Positions 59,614 through 64,000 of a stretch of 64,000 nt of DNA are shown here, piece after piece. Position 1 is the first letter of the stretch, and every line of letters starts with the position of its first letter. The translations under genes were made by a program, and so were the position numbers. The DNA comes from Octopus bimaculoides (taxonomy: Eukaryota): assembly GCF_001194135.2 (NCBI RefSeq), contig NC_069002.1, forward strand, positions 14,863,590 to 14,927,589. The letters are read 5' to 3'. Below the pieces are notes generated by a model, which made no database searches, was not told where the DNA came from, and was given only the letters and a program-made list of their open reading frames with translations.

Positions 59614-61386
59614 GAACTGGGACTAAAAATCCCAAAGTTCATTAAGTGCAAATCAAAACAAAACAAAAGAGAACCCTTTTTCGATGTCTTTCCTTTCAAA
59701 ATTTGATCCTTGATTTCTCTCCATTGTATTTTTAAGATCATTTCATCATTCTATTTTTTTTTTTCGTTTGCCATCGTCTTCTTTCACACAAAGAATATTA
59801 CTGTTTTATAGCAATATCTCTAAATTCTTAATGTCTTTAGGTAAGTTTAGGAGTGGCAGGGGTCAGTGGGGTTTGGCAGAAATGGCAGAGCACAGGATAA
59901 AATACCTATGTTTAGGTATTTTTTAACCTCTAAATTCAAGTCCTATTGAGGTCAACTTTGCTTTTCACTTTTCTTGGGTCAATAAAATAAGTCCTGTATT
60001 TGATGGTATATAAGCCACAATTTTCTTCAAAAAGAAATCTCCAAAAATCACCCCTGTGTATTATACACAAAGTTGGGTTAGGGTTAGGTTTAGGGTTAGG
60101 GTTAAAGCTGTTTTTCTTCTTGAAACTGCTCTATTGAAATTGGGCTGTGTCTAATTCGTCTATGTGTATTTTATGCCATCAAATATTGTAATAAATCTCT
60201 GTTAAATATTGGGATCAATATATTTAATTGATAACATTCTGCTCCAAGACTGTGGCCATGTGCCCCTCTCAAAAATCAACACTATTTACTGAAATTAAAA
60301 AAAAAAACCCTATTCCATTATGATGGGTGAGTGGTGCATGGGAATCCTTTCTTAATTTAATCTCAGTAACCTGCTGTTTAGGTATCTATAGGTAGGTTTT
60401 CTTTCCTTTCACAAATTTAATATTTTACTGTTTGGCATCTAATTACTTAAAAACCTTATTAATATTAATTAAAGTTAGGTTGGCTTAACTGTTGGCATGC
60501 TGTAAAAAACGTTCAGCGGCCTTTCGTTCATCCCTCTGTCATGAGTTCAAATTCCACTGTGGTTGACTTTGCTTTTCATCCATTTGGAGTCAATAAAATA
60601 ATTACCAGTTGAACAAGTTTCCCATTCCCCTGAAATTGCTTGCCTTGTGCTAAAATCTGAAATCAATATTAATTAAAGTTGACATTTGGCAGAGTGAAAA
60701 AAATAAATCTGGGGAAAAATAATCATGTTTTGCTGAAGAAGTTTAAAAAGACGAAAACCTAATCCATGTTGTTTTTTAGTTTACCAAATTTTGGGTTAAA
60801 TTAATTTCGAGGTCTCGAGCTAATCCATAATCCATATAGTCTGATAACAATTTGATCTGACTTGAACATGCATAGGCTGATCAACCATCCGGCCAGCTGA
60901 TTAGTGAAACCTTTCAATGACCAACTCTGCACAGCCATGGAATAGTGTTGCTCTACTGACTCCTCCTCCTGAATACTAGTGATAGCATGGATCATAATGA
61001 GTAAATTTGAGCTGACTCTACCAGATGGGAGACACTGAGTTAATGTATTCATGTCACCACAACAACAACATAGTTAATTAGTTAGGATTTTTGGTGCTGA
61101 CCCCCACCCCTCACTTCCTTTCATTTGATAAGGTTTCAATGGCATTAGTCTCTAGTTAACCCGTTTTTGTTCTGCTCCTCAAAGCTAAAGTAATTTTAAG
61201 TGCCATACTTCCCATCGCTAAGGATGCTTTTACTATAAACATACACCTAATGTCAACTTCGTTCTATGAATGGATGCCTTCCCAACCATTGACTATATAT
61301 ATAGAAATGTGTGTGTGTGTATATTATATATATATATATATACACACACAGACACGTGTGTGTGTCTGAATGTATGTATATGTGTA

Positions 61387-61609
61387 GAGGTAGCGAGCTG
61401 GCAGAAATGTTAGCATACTGGGCGAAATGCTTAGTGGTATTTCATCTGTCTTTACATCATTCTGAGTTCAAATTCTGCTGAGGTCGACTTTTTCCTTTCA
61501 TCCTTTCGGGGTTGATAAATTAAGTATCAGCTGTGTACTGGGGTCGATCTAATCAACTGGCCCCCTCCCCCAAAATTTTGGGCCTTGTGCCTAGAGTAGA
61601 AAAGAATAT
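61387..61609 (+). mobile_element. SINE family C variant
   Basis: GAGCTGGCAGAAATGTTAGC head; central domain. Confidence 0.85.
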
Positions 61610-61638
61610 ATATATGTGTGAGTGTGTGTATACATATA

Positions 61639-61670
<32 letters not shown>

Positions 61671-61674
<4 letters not shown>

Positions 61675-62143
61675 GTTCACAATCATGAAGTAGTGAGTTT
61701 GATTCACACAGACCTGGCTGTGTGTTGTGTTCTTGAGCAAGACACTTTATTTCACGTTGCTCCAGTTAACTCAGCTGTAGAAATGAGTTGCAATGTCACT
61801 GGTGCCAAGCTGTATCAGCCTTTGCCTTTCCCTTGCATAACATCGGTGGTGTGGAGAGGGGAGGCTGGTATGCATGGGTGATTGCTGGTCTTTCATAAAC
61901 ACCCTTGCCTGGACTTGTTTTTCGGAAGGGAACTTTCTATGTGCAATTCCATGGTCATTCATGACAGAAGGAGGGCTTTACTCTTTACCCTATGTACATG
62001 TAATGGTGTGGAGAGGGGAGGCTGGTACGCATGGGCAACTGCTGGTCTTCCATAAACAACCTTGCCTAGACTTGAACCTTGGAAGGAACTTTCTAGGTGC
62101 AATCCCATGGTCATTCATAACCGAAAGCGGTCTTTACCCTTTA
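61671..62143 (+). mobile_element. SINE family G with a tandem duplication of its 3' ~140 bp
   Basis: GGTGTGGAGAGGGGAGGCTGG... at about 61848 and again at about 62005. Confidence 0.8.
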
Positions 62144-62807
62144 TATCTATCTATATATGCATACACACACATACGCACACAAACACATATGTATATATAC
62201 ACATGCACCCATATATGTTCTATTACTGTGTTGCAAGTTACTCGGGGGCCCTCACTGGTGCTAGTGTCATGAAAAAGGAGCCAAGAAGTGTTCATAAAAC
62301 GTTTGGCTTTAGGAAAGACCTGCAACTGCAGAAACCATGCCAATGCTAACATCAGAGCTTGATGTAGGCAGCACTGTGGCTTGCTTCATCCTCACAAACC
62401 GTCCAACCTGTGCCAGCATGGGGAATGGATATCAAATGATGATGATGATATGTGTATATATTTTATGTGTGTATTAAATCTTATACTTGTGTAAACACTA
62501 ATTCTGAAAGAGGACAAGATGTCCCCATAGCCATCACTTGCCAAATAACCGTCTCACTGATCACATCCCTCCCCCATCTCTCCACACCATTTAAGGCAGT
62601 AGTTGGCCATTAATTTTTCAATACTGTTATATAAAACAGATGTGTAAGAACCCTTAAGAGGAAGAGATGTATACATATCAAAAAAAAAAAATAATGAATC
62701 TTTGTGTCTTCAGAGGATCATTATGTCAAAAATAACACAAGCACTGGTTTAATATCACTTCATTGTTTGTCAGTTGGTTGAATAATCAACTAACAATAAT
62801 GAAGATG

Positions 62808-63130
62808 CCTGGCTCAGTGGTTAGAACATTGGACTCACAATCACAAGTTAGTGAGTTCGAGTCCTAGACCAGGCTGTGTGTGGTGTTCTTGAGCAAGACA
62901 TGTTATTTTATGTTGCTCCAGTTCACTCAGCTGTAGAAATGAGTTGTATCAGCCTTTGCCTTTCCCTTGGATAACATCAGTAGCGTAGAGAGAGGAAGCT
63001 GGTATGCATGGGTGACTGCTGGTCTTCTATAAATAACCTTGCCTGGACTTGTGCCTTAGAGGGGAACTTTCTAGGTGCAATACCATGCTCATTCATGACC
63101 AAAGTGGGGGGGGGTCTTTACTTTTTACCC
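62808..63130 (+). mobile_element. SINE family G
   Basis: TGGCTCAGTGG and GTTCGAGTCC boxes; body shared with the 17986 copy. Confidence 0.82.
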
Positions 63131-64000
63131 CTTTTAATGAAGAAGTGATATTGAATCAGTGCATGTGTCATTTATTATTGGCATAATGACCCTTCCAAAA
63201 CACAACAAAATTTGTTCCAACAGAGAAATTCACATCAAGGATCTTGCAAACCAAATACAAAAATGAAAGGAATCTTTCATTTTATTAATTCCTACAAATA
63301 CAATTTTATATTTTTTGTTTTGGGGTTTGAACTTGAAACCCTCCATCCCCTTTTTATTTTCTATTCTTGTATGGGTTTTGGAAACTTCACCAGTGAGAAG
63401 CTTGAAAATTGAATATGGGTCAAATTTTGATCTGCAGACAAAGGATTCTTCACCCTTGATGAAGAGAGCGGAAAGGAAAAAAAAATTTTTCTATTTTCTA
63501 TAATGCCAAATTTATGAAATATGATCTATATACCAGGGAAACGAGTGGCTGAGAAGAAATACAAATTTCCCTTTATTTCCTGGATAATATGAGAAAAAAT
63601 ACCAATCACTCGTTCAACCAATAACTCTATCAAAATACTAATCGGAAGAAGTATAGTTTGTGTTGACAAGAATTCTTTAGAAAAGTTCACAAATTTCTGC
63701 AAGTTTATATGATAAAGGGACAAGATTGGTGATTAGGTTTTGAGCAAAACTCTCCTTTCTAGTTTTGGGCCTTAATTAAAACCCATAGATAAAGTTTGCC
63801 ATTCATCACTTGGGGAATTAGTTGCCTCCCTTAAAATAGCTGACCTTGTGCTGAAATTGGAAACCTCAAATCTCAAAAATCTTCCTCAGGATTCTAGCAG
63901 AATTCAATATGGTACACTTTTCTGTGGGTCAACAACACGAGTACCAATCCCAACATTTCTCAGTCTCTTAGATAGCTGTCCAGGTGTTGTTTCAAGTGTT

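Overview
This is AT-rich, repeat-dense animal genomic DNA from a gapped draft assembly with 13 N-runs. The SINE, RTE and MITE repertoire points to an octopod cephalopod; that is an inference, with no database search done. The window holds one recognisable protein-coding gene: a + strand cytosolic purine 5'-nucleotidase (cN-II / NT5C2, HAD superfamily), CDS 17260-59613. Fifteen coding exons are visible, with GT-AG boundaries and consistent phases. Two more exons must exist but are not in the sequence: a 3n+2 nt exon, probably 92 nt, and the exon carrying the catalytic motif III Lys. Each of the two introns concerned contains an N-gap. The 5' UTR exon(s) and promoter could not be located with confidence. 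Everything else is transposon-derived or simple repeat: tRNA-derived SINE families, RTE-clade LINE remnants, an R4/Dong-type RT fragment, Penelope-like element (PLE) remnants, and hAT, piggyBac, Tc1/mariner and Merlin-like MITEs. The most unusual observations are: (i) a hammerhead-ribozyme-tailed, tRNA-headed SINE-like element present as a head-to-head dimer, plus several other hammerhead motifs and long fold-backs in intron 3; (ii) a GC-rich hairpin MITE carrying telomeric repeats; (iii) NT5C2 substitutions at residues of the human switch-off pocket, several revertible by a single A-to-I edit. Human comparisons use my recall of NT5C2 and need checking by alignment. No prokaryotic, CRISPR, rRNA or bona fide tRNA features were seen.
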